Source: an uncultured Candidatus Micrarchaeota archaeon
GTDB taxonomy: Archaea > Micrarchaeota > Micrarchaeia > Anstonellales > Bilamarchaeaceae
Direction: 5' to 3'
Assembly: GCA_963714085.1 (NCBI GenBank)
Contig: OY970229.1
Location: 640,001-704,000, forward strand
DNA: 64,000 nt
This document shows positions 20,332 to 29,903 of this stretch, piece after piece. A program made the position numbers and the translations under genes. The notes beneath the pieces were generated by a model. That model made no database searches, was not told where the DNA came from, and worked only from the letters and a program-made list of their open reading frames with translations. How positions within the stretch are numbered: the first letter of the stretch is position 1; every line of letters begins with the position of its first letter.

Positions 20332-21858
20332 ATGGATGACCGAGAAAAGGCGCTTGATTACATCATAGCCCGGCTCAGGAAAGGCCGCAGGGACGTCTCC
20401 AGCCTCAAGCTCGATGCCGCGAGGAAGCTCGGCATGGGAAGCGTGGTGAGGAACAGCGAACTCATCACGAGGGTGAGGGCGCGGAACCCGGAGCTGCTTC
20501 CGCTGCTACAGAAGCGCCCCATGCGCACGCTCTCCGGAGTGACCCCGGTCGCAGTCATGGTCAGACCCGAGGGCTCCTGCCCCTACTCCTGCGCATACTG
20601 CCCGACCGGGCTCGGCGCCAAGAGCTACACCGGCTTCGAGCCTGCGGCGCTCAGGGCGAGGGAGGAGGGTTTCGATTCCTACGGCCAGGTACGGAACAGG
20701 CTGAGGCATTACACCGAATGCGGACATCCTACTGACAAATGCGAGCTCATAGTGATGGGCGGCACGTTCCTGAGGATGGGCGCGGCCTATAAGCGCTCCT
20801 TCGTGAAGGGGATATACGACGCGCTGAACTGCAGGAGAGGCAGGACACTGGCGGATTCCCAGAAACGGAATGAGCACGCGCGCAGCCGAGCCGTGGGACT
20901 GACCATAGAGACCAGGCCCGACGTCTGCGGGGAAAAAGAGATAGACGAGATGCTCGGCTTCGGTGCGACGCGCGTCGAGCTCGGGGTCCAGCACCCGGAC
21001 GACAGGATATACAAGGCGATAAACAGGGGGCATGAGACCAGCGACGTGATAAGGGCGACCGCGCTGCTCAAGGACAGCGCGTTCAAGGTCCTCTACCATA
21101 TCATGCCGGGGCTGCCGGGGTCCAGCCCCAGGAAAGACGTATCGATGGTGAAGCGGCTCTTCTCCGACCAGAGGTTCAGGCCGGACATGCTGAAGATATA
21201 TCCAGCCCTGGTGATGCCCGGGACCGGGTTGGAGAGGATGATGCGGGAGGGCGGTTACGAACCGTACGACACCGAGAAGGCGGTGGAGACGATATCGGAG
21301 TTCTACCGCCATCTGCCCTCTTATGTGCGCGTGATGCGCATACAGCGCGACATACCCGCCGGCCTGATAGCCGCCGGTGTGAGGAACAGCAACCTGAGGC
21401 AGTTGGTCGAGGAGAGGATAGGGGAGAAGAGGATCAGGTCGCACGAGATCAGGATGCGGGAGATAGGCGGCTGCAGCATGAGGGGCTTCAGGACGAAAAG
21501 GCTCGAGTACGAAGCGAGCTCCGGCAAGGAGGTCTTCCTCTCTTACGAGAACGGCGATTCGATGATCGCCGGGTTCCTGCGCCTGCGCATCCCGCACGAG
21601 CCGTTCCGCAGGGAGATAAGCGAGGGGACCGGGCTCCTCAGGGAGCTCCACGTCTACGGAGCCGAGACGCGGCTCAGGCAGAGCGGGCGCGTGCAGCACA
21701 GGGGCGTCGGGAGCCGCCTGCTCATGGAAGCAGAACGGATCGCGCGCGATCAGTTCGATATGAGGAGGATGGCTGTCATAAGCGGGATAGGCGCAAGGGA
21801 CTACTACAGGAAAAGGGGATACCGCCTCGAAGGCGGCTACATGACGAAAAAGATATGA
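20332..21858 (+). CDS. elp3: tRNA U34 acetyltransferase Elp3 (radical SAM + GNAT)
   Basis: RTLSGV, CPYSCAYCP, ETRPD, RIQRDIP, RELHVYG, QHRGVG. Confidence 0.95.
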   Translation: MDDREKALDYIIARLRKGRRDVSSLKLDAARKLGMGSVVRNSELITRVRARNPELLPLLQKRPMRTLSGVTPVAVMVRPEGSCPYSCAYCPTGLGAKSYTGFEPAALRAREEGFDSYGQVRNRLRHYTECGHPTDKCELIVMGGTFLRMGAAYKRSFVKGIYDALNCRRGRTLADSQKRNEHARSRAVGLTIETRPDVCGEKEIDEMLGFGATRVELGVQHPDDRIYKAINRGHETSDVIRATALLKDSAFKVLYHIMPGLPGSSPRKDVSMVKRLFSDQRFRPDMLKIYPALVMPGTGLERMMREGGYEPYDTEKAVETISEFYRHLPSYVRVMRIQRDIPAGLIAAGVRNSNLRQLVEERIGEKRIRSHEIRMREIGGCSMRGFRTKRLEYEASSGKEVFLSYENGDSMIAGFLRLRIPHEPFRREISEGTGLLRELHVYGAETRLRQSGRVQHRGVGSRLLMEAERIARDQFDMRRMAVISGIGARDYYRKRGYRLEGGYMTKKI

Positions 21859-22677
21859 TCAGGGCAGCCCTTCCGGGGGTTTGAGCAGCTCGTCCTGCTG
21901 CTTGAGCAGCTTCAGATACTCGTTCTGCAGGTCCGCGAACTCCTTCTCCTCCTCGTCGCTGAATATCCTGACATGGCGCACGGCGTTCTTCACCTGTATC
22001 TTCGGCGAGATGTCCGCTATGAGCTTGAGGTTCTCGCTCAGCTTGTCCCGCACATCCGGCGTCACCCAGACCCTGCGGTTCTGCAGCTGGACCGCTACCT
22101 CCGGATGAGTAGGCGCTGGGAATAGCGAGCCGTTACTCACCTCGGCGGGCATGCCCAGCCTTCCAAGGACCAGAGCGATCTCCCTGCCCAAAGGCTCCTC
22201 GCCTTTGAGTATAGGGATGGGGACATCGAGCTTGCCTTTGCGCACCTGCTCGGCCAGCGAGTCCCGGACGTCCTTCTGCAGCCTCGCGAGCAGGAGCGCG
22301 AGCTTGGCGATGCTCTCCCGCTCTTCGTAGTTCCGCTTGAGCAGCGCTCCGCGGCTGGAGAGGAGCTCGTAGCTGCCGCCCGCGCGCTTCGCCATGCAAT
22401 CCGCCAGCTCCTTCGGCGGGCAGGAGGAGAGCAGCTGGTTGAGCCTCGCTATCTCCTGCTCGTTGGGAATTGCGATCTTCACCCCTGCGGCGTCCATCCT
22501 GGCCGAGAGCGCGTCGAGCTGACCCTGCACTGAGCGCAGGGCGGCCTCCGCCTGCTCCAGCGCGGCGGGTTCTGCCCCAGCGGACTTCCGGACGTCCAGC
22601 TTGAACGACAGCTCAGCCCTGCTTTTGGCCAGTTCTAGGAACGTGACGAGGTCTTTTGATTCCACGCTTGGCGCCAT
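21859..22677 (-). CDS. Hypothetical helical/coiled-coil protein
   Basis: Long ORF, Leu/Glu/Lys-rich heptads, no TM. Confidence 0.7.
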   Translation of the reverse strand: MAPSVESKDLVTFLELAKSRAELSFKLDVRKSAGAEPAALEQAEAALRSVQGQLDALSARMDAAGVKIAIPNEQEIARLNQLLSSCPPKELADCMAKRAGGSYELLSSRGALLKRNYEERESIAKLALLLARLQKDVRDSLAEQVRKGKLDVPIPILKGEEPLGREIALVLGRLGMPAEVSNGSLFPAPTHPEVAVQLQNRRVWVTPDVRDKLSENLKLIADISPKIQVKNAVRHVRIFSDEEEKEFADLQNEYLKLLKQQDELLKPPEGLP

Positions 22678-24361
22678 CGGATAACCCTTGGTCGTAGGCT
22701 TTCCTGACTAATATGTAGATTAGCACTATCAATATTAAAAACATTAACAACACGACGAGGATTGTCTGGAGGCCGGACGACGGCTGGGTTTGGGGCTGCG
22801 CCGCGGGGCGCGCCGATGATTCCATCCGCGCGAAGAGCGCGTCCAATCCCTCGGCGTAGCGCAGCGTGGTGAACGCCTCTGGCTCCAGGGACGTGTTGTT
22901 CTGGGCCGCGAGCCATGCGGCGTGGGACTGGTAGACCGCGCCCCAGAGCGAGATCCGCTTCTCGGCCAGCATCGCCTGCACCTGCGATTTCATGTCCGCG
23001 CTGCCCATGCCTACCATGTCGGAGTCCGCCTGGGAGGTCTCGATCACGTAGGTGCAGTCGAACAGCGCCGCGCCGTACCTGCCCTGGTCGAAGGACAGCC
23101 TGGCCGAATCCAGATGCTGCGCGAGGTCGGCATCCAGGTTGTCAAGGCCCTCGGCTTGGGCGAGCTCTGCGGACGCGAGCCCTTTCCATGCGGATTCGTT
23201 GAGCTCCGTGCCGTTCCTTCCAGCGGCGTCGCTGAGCAGGCCGGACACCGAGCACCAGGCGTAGGCGTACATGATCGCGTCGTAATCGCTGTACTTCTCA
23301 TCGACCGTGTCCGCGCCAGAGATGTCCGTGGAGTTCAGCTGGTTCTCGGCCCAGGATCTCCGCGCGTCCGCGCCCACCAGCCATTGGAAGTTCTCGCTCG
23401 TCTTTGGGATGTCTGGCAGCGATGCTATGCACCTGGCCACGGATTCCTTCTCCGTCTGCAGGTCTGTGTCCTGGGTGAGCATGGCGCCCACCGTGGAAGC
23501 CTCTATGTAATCCTCGAACGCCTCGTTGGCAGCGCTGAAGAGATAGCCTTTCCCCAGGATCTTCTCCTGCCTAGAGAGCTCCGAGGAGTAGTACTTCTTT
23601 ATGGTGGCGGAATCGTTGTCCGATGACGGAAGGCCCTGGACGGTCCGGTTCTCCAGCGACATCATGCCGGCTGCCACGTTGTAGAAACCGGCCGCGGCGG
23701 ATGGGTCGTACTGCGGCACGTCCGGGACCGGCTCGGACTCGCGTTCCAGTGATGGGGCGGGCAGGGACTGGTTGAAGAGCATGAATCCGATTGCGTCGTC
23801 CATGTTCCCGGCCTCGACCACCCTGAGCCCGGTGGCCGCTTCGCTGTTCCTGAGCATGAGGGTGTCGAAGATGCTGTCGTTCGGAGTCATGAAGTACTTC
23901 GCGCCCGATGCCGCCACAGCCAGGGATTTCTCATAGAGCCCGCCGACCTGTCCGACGCCGCCTTCGGGGTCCACCGCGCCGGTCATCATGGCGTCCTGCC
24001 TCGGGGACATGCCGGTCGCGGCGCCATAGGTGAGGACGGCTATCGCGGCGCCCGCGCTGGGACCGTCCACGTAGCTGGCTGAACCCGAGCTGATGCTGAC
24101 GATCGCATCGCAGCCGGACTCGTTGGCTTTCCCCAGCCCGTATTCCACGGCATCATGCACGGACTGCTGGGTTGTGGTGCTGGTCTGGGGATAGACGGAA
24201 AGATACGCCCCTCCGCTCCCGGGCACGATTGTCACGGAGATGTTCACGGTATCCGAACCCGAGCCCACCACGGCCGGCACGCTCATACCCGCGCTGCCGT
24301 TGCACTGCGCAACGCAGAGGGCGCTCAGCAGGATGAGGAACAGAAAACATCGTGGGTCCAT
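22613..24361 (-). CDS. Exported Lon-type (S16) serine protease with C-terminal TM anchor
   Basis: Signal peptide, VDGPSAG (catalytic Ser), TGAV, VGGLYEK (catalytic Lys), helical region, TM; start trimmed to 24361. Confidence 0.85.
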   Translation of the reverse strand: MDPRCFLFLILLSALCVAQCNGSAGMSVPAVVGSGSDTVNISVTIVPGSGGAYLSVYPQTSTTTQQSVHDAVEYGLGKANESGCDAIVSISSGSASYVDGPSAGAAIAVLTYGAATGMSPRQDAMMTGAVDPEGGVGQVGGLYEKSLAVAASGAKYFMTPNDSIFDTLMLRNSEAATGLRVVEAGNMDDAIGFMLFNQSLPAPSLERESEPVPDVPQYDPSAAAGFYNVAAGMMSLENRTVQGLPSSDNDSATIKKYYSSELSRQEKILGKGYLFSAANEAFEDYIEASTVGAMLTQDTDLQTEKESVARCIASLPDIPKTSENFQWLVGADARRSWAENQLNSTDISGADTVDEKYSDYDAIMYAYAWCSVSGLLSDAAGRNGTELNESAWKGLASAELAQAEGLDNLDADLAQHLDSARLSFDQGRYGAALFDCTYVIETSQADSDMVGMGSADMKSQVQAMLAEKRISLWGAVYQSHAAWLAAQNNTSLEPEAFTTLRYAEGLDALFARMESSARPAAQPQTQPSSGLQTILVVLLMFLILIVLIYILVRKAYDQGLSDGAKRGIKRPRHVPRTGQKQG

Positions 24362-24369
24362 TGCGATCA

Positions 24370-24936
24370 CTATAGCCTTTTGGCTGCCAATATGCCCTTG
24401 TCCGTCTTGAAGAACTCGTATTCCTCCGCCAGATAGAGCTTGCCGAGCTGGGAGCCGGCCCCTTTTATCGAGTCCACTATGCTGCCGCTCGGCAGATCCT
24501 CGTAGAGGTAGGCCACTGCGTAGGACTTCCCCATGGACCTGGCGTCCTCCTCCCTCTGCCTGAGCAGGATGCGCCTTATGTCCCTGCCTTCGAAGGACAG
24601 CAGGACCGCGGGGTCTTCGAGATATATGGCGTTCGTCTGCTCCCCGCCCCGCACCGTGCGCCTCTCCGGGTCGTATACCGCGGGCCATGAGAGGCCCACG
24701 CCTATGAGCATGCGGTTGACGCAGCAGCCGAATGAGGTCTTGTAGTCTATTATGCCGCCGACCTCGGCAGGCGTGACGTCGAAGGCGCACTTCTGCATCA
24801 CCTTGACGCATTCCTCCAGATCCTCGCGCGTGAGCCTCTTGACCTCGACCTGGTCCTCGTCGAGAAGGTAGAGGAATTTCTTCTTCTGGGCTTCCGGCTT
24901 CTTCTCCTCCTGCTTCAAGGCAAACGACTCGCTCAT
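24370..24936 (-). CDS. Degenerate GNAT-fold protein
   Basis: VKRLTREDLEE, FEGRDIRRILL (eroded RxxGxG), KLYLAEEY. Confidence 0.6.
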   Translation of the reverse strand: MSESFALKQEEKKPEAQKKKFLYLLDEDQVEVKRLTREDLEECVKVMQKCAFDVTPAEVGGIIDYKTSFGCCVNRMLIGVGLSWPAVYDPERRTVRGGEQTNAIYLEDPAVLLSFEGRDIRRILLRQREEDARSMGKSYAVAYLYEDLPSGSIVDSIKGAGSQLGKLYLAEEYEFFKTDKGILAAKRL

Positions 24937-24954
24937 CTCAAATACCCTCCGGAC

Positions 24955-25293
24955 TCACATGAATTTCGTGTTGCATGCCGGGCACTGGGTGAGGAAGGCC
25001 TCGCTCCTGTACCCGCATATAGGGCATATGTAATAAGTCCTTTTAGCCCTTTCCAATTCGGCTTCGAAGCTGTATTTGCACTGGCCGCACCTCGGGGCGT
25101 CCAGCTCGTTGAGGAAACCGCAGTTCGGGCACTTGCGCCTGAACATGCTCTTTATGTGCGTGCCGCACTTCGGGCAGCGCTCCATGTCCAGCGTGACCGG
25201 GGCGCCGCAGTTCGGGCAGTTCTGCGACTGGCCCTTATGCGTGGAGCCGGACTGGCCGCGCAGCGCGTCCTTGAACATCTGGAGGATTCCCAT
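24955..25293 (-). CDS. Multi zinc-ribbon (DZR) protein
   Basis: Six CxxC pairs in 112 aa. Confidence 0.85.
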   Translation of the reverse strand: MGILQMFKDALRGQSGSTHKGQSQNCPNCGAPVTLDMERCPKCGTHIKSMFRRKCPNCGFLNELDAPRCGQCKYSFEAELERAKRTYYICPICGYRSEAFLTQCPACNTKFM

Positions 25294-25301
25294 GCACCCA
25301 C

Positions 25302-28300
25302 CTATCCTGACCCGGGGGACGGCACGCAGTTTATGTCATAGTTCTTCACAGGCAGGCTGATGCCGCAGAACCCGCCCAGCTGGGTGAGCGAATTGCCAGT
25401 CCCGATGCCGCAGTCCTGGTTCGCGTTTCCGGTCCTGGAGAACACCGCCGGGGCGGTCACGGACGTGTAGTACATCTGCTTGAAGTACGTGTAGTTGGCC
25501 CCGGTCGAATCCGTCAGGCAGCATTTGCCGGGCTTGCTCATGCCGGCCATCACGTCCTCGTAGGCGTCCGAGACCATGTTCACGGATTTCACAAGCGGTT
25601 CTGACTCCTGGGTGCCGTTCCCGAAGCTCTCGGTGCAGTTGTATACCGTATTGGTCATGTTGCAGGGCGTGCATGGCTCGACCACGGTCTCATCCGGGCA
25701 TTTGTACTTGCCTACGTCCTCCAAGGGCACGCCCCCGGGCATCGTGCATTGGACGCCGTTGTCGCACGTCTTGCCGCACTCCCCCTGGGCCAGCTCCAGG
25801 GAGGTGCAGAGCGTGCAGTTCACGGACGGCACGGTAAACACCTGGACGAAAGTCGCGTACGGGTTGGTGCCGGCCATCCTGTTTATGGCGCTCTCGAGCG
25901 CGCAGAATTTCGTGGTTTTCATTCCGTATGGCAGTGCGATGCTGGTGCTAGTACCCGGCAGGGAAAACGACAGCACAGTGCTCACGAGGCTCTCCTTCTG
26001 CCCGGCCGTATTCGAGCTGTCGACGCGGACGGGCTGGTATATGAGGCCGATGATGCCGGCTTTCACCAGCTGGTCCTCGTTATTCACTATGCTGCTGAAG
26101 AGCGTCCCGTAGGTGTTGCCATTCCAGTATTGGTCGTCGGTCACGGTGAAATTGGTTATGATGACCGGCTTGCTATAGTTCAGCGCGGCCTCGCCATATG
26201 TCATCACGTCGTTGATCACGAATGAGGCCCTCGTGTCCGCTGTGATCGAACTGGCTGAGTATATCACCGTGTTCGCCAGCCGGGTTATGTACCCCGCCAA
26301 GCCCAAAAATCCTCCTGCTGTGGCCGCCCCATTGCCGTAATTCGAGGTGTCGTAGTCGGTCACGATCATGTCGACGTTGACCTTCAGCCTCGGGTCGAAG
26401 CCGAATAGCTGGCTCAGGTCGTTATCGTAGGTCGATAACCCTACGCTGCTTCCTGGCACCCTAACCGCGGTCAGGCATCTGGGACAGGCCGCCCTGACCA
26501 CCGCGGTCCTGTTCAATATCCTGTTCCTGGACAACGAAGCCGAGGAGGAATTGAACGTGTCCACGACCACCACTATCGCTCCGCTGTTGCCCAGGAGGCG
26601 CTGGAAATCGTACTCTTGGTACAGGCTCGAGTCCTGATGGCCCGATACTAAGCTGCTATCAACCCGTACTATCACATAGGGCGCGGTGAGGTTCCAGTTG
26701 CTGTTATCCGAGATGTCGATCACGGGCATTATGCCGGATTTGAGGTAGTTGCCCATGCGCTCCTTGATCAGGGTCGGGTCCTGGTCGGTCCTTGGAGCGC
26801 CTTCCGGAGTGACGTCGTAGGTGGTGTTCGTCACATAGACGCTGCCGCTGGTGCCCGAGTAGCCGTCTGTACTGCTGACGGATTCATAACCGGATGTCGA
26901 CGTCACGTGATAGATGAACAGGTTGCTGTAATCTCCGATGTCGGTCACGTACGGGTCGCCGCAGGAGGTGGTAATGTTGCTCGGTGAGTTAGCCGTGATA
27001 CTGCATATCGTGGTCGGGCTCACTCCCTGCCAGAGCTCCTGCTCCATCGATGGGATTGCCACCCTGTTGTCGCTGTTTGCGGATTTCGTGCCCGCTGTTA
27101 TCTTCTGGTAAGCCAGGGTCGTGAGCGTGCACGGCTCGCACCAACCGAAGCTCTGGATCTGCGGCAGGGTCGAACCCGGCTCTATGTCGCACCTGCCGAT
27201 CTTCATGTTGCCCCCTGAATCCTTCGTGCCCACGAGCAGGTATATGGTGCTCGGGACCAGAGCCTGGTAAGCCATGGGTTGCCAGTCAAGTCCATTGCCC
27301 TGGCCCAGATTTATCTGCCTGATTGACGCCTTTTGGAGGTTGCAGAGGTTGTTTCCTGCGAAATAGGGCGAGGTTGTCTGCTGGTATATGTTGTCCTGGT
27401 CCCTGAAGAAGTTCAGCGCTGGCGAGTTCAGGATGTCGTACTCAGGGTCGCCATACTTGGGGTCGCCACCGCCGCCACCGCCGCCATCACCAGAATCGTC
27501 CCCGCTAGAAGAATAGTACGCTGGAATGGCCACGAATTTCTTGTACTCGGGTATCCACGGCATGGAGGCGAAGAACAGGTCATCGATGTCGACTGAATTC
27601 GAGCGGTCGCAGTGCTCGTTCCACTCGTTAGCGTCATTCATATAGCCGTCCATGGTGTCGTTGTAGAGCGGCGCGAACGCGGTCAGAAGGCCTTGATAGG
27701 TGTCATAGAAGTCCTGCCCGGTGCCCGAGAGGTCGACTTTTATGTAGCTGGCGGTGGAAGGATAGCTGGTAACCGTATAATTGCACGGCGAGGGCGGCTC
27801 AGGATTGAATGTCGGGGCGTCTACCGGTGTGTCGGGGTTGGTTGTGTTGATGTAAGCTCTGCAATAAGCGAGGCATCTGCTTAATGTCGAATAGGCGCCG
27901 TTGGCGTAATTAAACTCGTCAGCCGGGCACTTTCCTGACTTTCCTAGAGTTCCCGCGCAATCGTCCTGGCAGATGGTTACCATCTGGTTCGGGGTCACTG
28001 GCGAATTATAAATGGGTTGGCCCCCCGGCATAGCGTCGAACGAGTAGTTCAGCACTGTGCTCACGGACGCGAAGATGCAGCTCTTGGCGAAATAGGTCTG
28101 CTCGAACTGCCCCGGGTCCGCCACCGCATAGCCGACTATGGTCTGGCCGTCGTATTGCACGTTCTGGTCGTCGAAGAACACGATCTGGCCCGCGGGCGGG
28201 TATGCGCCTGTCGTGTCCACATAGGAGTCCACCACATTGTTGGTCGAATCCCAGGTGACGCTGAAATCCGACGGAAGCAGGCTCACGGTCGCGGGGTCGC

Positions 28301-29903
28301 CGAACATCTCGTTCTGTATCGTATTGCCAAACTGATCCTGGTACGATCCAGTATTATAGAAGGAACCATCATTTGAGTCCCATAGCTGGATGTAGGTGTT
28401 CGTACCATCGAAGTAACCGCCCCCAGATGTAAGAGGCGTAGTGAAGAAGTTGTTCCACATCCAGTCGAGCTGGCACTTGTCGTGCTTCTGCTCGCCGCTC
28501 GCCGCACAGCTCGGAATGCCAGCGATCGGTACGTTATCCTGGACATAAGGAGCGTTTTCGGTGTCGCTGCCTGCGTCCTGCAGCTGGTTCCTGTCGTAGT
28601 CCTCAGTGGCAAGCGTAAACTGGACCGGCCTGTAGGTTACGTTGGCGTACACGAAGCTGGCGGTACCGCCTGCGTTGCTCGCGTTGATGGTCGGGTAGCA
28701 CACCACGACATTCTGGCCCGTCACCGTTTGGGTGCTCTTGCAGTCCGTGACCACGTAGCTCTGCGTGCCGGCCGCGTCCGTCACGACGTTCACGCCCCTG
28801 CTGTAGAAATCGTTCGAGCATTCCCCGGAGAGGCACTCGTACGCGGATTTGTCGCACTCGAAGGGCGCGCGCCCCACCGTCGTGTTGTAGAACTCCGGTA
28901 TGTAAGCGGTGGAGAGCGCCTCCCTGTAGAATCCTTTATCCAGCTTCTCGTAGTAGTAAAGGGCAGATTTGTTCAGCCTGCTCGAGGAATTGGAATTGGG
29001 CCAGTCGACTACGCCGGTCGTCGGATGAAGCGTAACCGTCCAGGCATAACCGAGATAATCTATGTACTTGTAGGATTTGAAATCCGTGATGAAGCTCGGG
29101 TTCATGCTCAATGCCTTCGTGATGGTGACGTTCAAGAACGCGTTGGTTCCTGCGGTCGTGAGCGGCAGTATGCTCGCGGTCGGGGTTATGCTCGCTGGGG
29201 GCACCGGCGCCGCGTCGCTCGTGCATGATGTGTTCATCTTCGTCGGGTCGTAGGCGACGTAGGTGCCGGATGCGGTCCCGGGCTGCAGGTAATTCATGTA
29301 CCTGTCTATGGTCCCGGTGGGGTTGATCATGCAGTCCTTGTCCGATATGGGGAAGTAATAATGATAGTAGTCGTATTCGTCGAAATTCGCTCCTATGCCG
29401 AACCTGAAGTCCCCTACCGCGGATTTCGAGGTCTTCATGATCCTCTCGAAGCTCGAGTCCAGGGGAAGGAACCTGCACTGGCCGTTGTAGAGCGCCTGCG
29501 TTTTCGTGCTGGTGCTGCTGGTCGGCATCTCGTTCGCCGCCTCCTGCACCGAGGCCACCCCGGGCGCGACCTGGGGCGCATAGGCGAAATCGCCGCACGC
29601 CATGGCCAGGCAGTCCGGCTTTATGCACTCGGTCAGGTTGTCGTCCGTGCAGAATGGTATGGCAGAGTCGACCGAATCGATGGTGACGTTGCACATCTCG
29701 CTGGTCTGGTTGCAATAGATGGTCTGCGGGTACATGTCGATGAAGGCGTCGTTGGACATGTTGAACCAGTAGCATTTGCCGTCTTTGGTCGCGTTGTTCC
29801 TGACGCAGCAGCCCAGCTCCTTGGATTTGGTTATGCAGCCCGCGGAGAGCAGCATGGCGAAGGCGATCGCGAGCGAGATTGCGAGTGCGGTCCTGGGCTT
29901 CAT
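25302..29903 (-). CDS. Giant Cys-rich surface lipoprotein (1533 aa)
   Basis: Signal peptide with lipobox-like LLSAGC, many Cys and N-x-S/T, Thr/Ser/Asp-rich, poly-Gly linker. Confidence 0.85.
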   Translation of the reverse strand: MKPRTALAISLAIAFAMLLSAGCITKSKELGCCVRNNATKDGKCYWFNMSNDAFIDMYPQTIYCNQTSEMCNVTIDSVDSAIPFCTDDNLTECIKPDCLAMACGDFAYAPQVAPGVASVQEAANEMPTSSTSTKTQALYNGQCRFLPLDSSFERIMKTSKSAVGDFRFGIGANFDEYDYYHYYFPISDKDCMINPTGTIDRYMNYLQPGTASGTYVAYDPTKMNTSCTSDAAPVPPASITPTASILPLTTAGTNAFLNVTITKALSMNPSFITDFKSYKYIDYLGYAWTVTLHPTTGVVDWPNSNSSSRLNKSALYYYEKLDKGFYREALSTAYIPEFYNTTVGRAPFECDKSAYECLSGECSNDFYSRGVNVVTDAAGTQSYVVTDCKSTQTVTGQNVVVCYPTINASNAGGTASFVYANVTYRPVQFTLATEDYDRNQLQDAGSDTENAPYVQDNVPIAGIPSCAASGEQKHDKCQLDWMWNNFFTTPLTSGGGYFDGTNTYIQLWDSNDGSFYNTGSYQDQFGNTIQNEMFGDPATVSLLPSDFSVTWDSTNNVVDSYVDTTGAYPPAGQIVFFDDQNVQYDGQTIVGYAVADPGQFEQTYFAKSCIFASVSTVLNYSFDAMPGGQPIYNSPVTPNQMVTICQDDCAGTLGKSGKCPADEFNYANGAYSTLSRCLAYCRAYINTTNPDTPVDAPTFNPEPPSPCNYTVTSYPSTASYIKVDLSGTGQDFYDTYQGLLTAFAPLYNDTMDGYMNDANEWNEHCDRSNSVDIDDLFFASMPWIPEYKKFVAIPAYYSSSGDDSGDGGGGGGGDPKYGDPEYDILNSPALNFFRDQDNIYQQTTSPYFAGNNLCNLQKASIRQINLGQGNGLDWQPMAYQALVPSTIYLLVGTKDSGGNMKIGRCDIEPGSTLPQIQSFGWCEPCTLTTLAYQKITAGTKSANSDNRVAIPSMEQELWQGVSPTTICSITANSPSNITTSCGDPYVTDIGDYSNLFIYHVTSTSGYESVSSTDGYSGTSGSVYVTNTTYDVTPEGAPRTDQDPTLIKERMGNYLKSGIMPVIDISDNSNWNLTAPYVIVRVDSSLVSGHQDSSLYQEYDFQRLLGNSGAIVVVVDTFNSSSASLSRNRILNRTAVVRAACPRCLTAVRVPGSSVGLSTYDNDLSQLFGFDPRLKVNVDMIVTDYDTSNYGNGAATAGGFLGLAGYITRLANTVIYSASSITADTRASFVINDVMTYGEAALNYSKPVIITNFTVTDDQYWNGNTYGTLFSSIVNNEDQLVKAGIIGLIYQPVRVDSSNTAGQKESLVSTVLSFSLPGTSTSIALPYGMKTTKFCALESAINRMAGTNPYATFVQVFTVPSVNCTLCTSLELAQGECGKTCDNGVQCTMPGGVPLEDVGKYKCPDETVVEPCTPCNMTNTVYNCTESFGNGTQESEPLVKSVNMVSDAYEDVMAGMSKPGKCCLTDSTGANYTYFKQMYYTSVTAPAVFSRTGNANQDCGIGTGNSLTQLGGFCGISLPVKNYDINCVPSPGSG

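Noticed and set aside
27466..27486. (CCG)n-like run as a contingency repeat
   Set aside because: Imperfect triplet run encoding an in-frame poly-Gly linker; no frameshifting potential.
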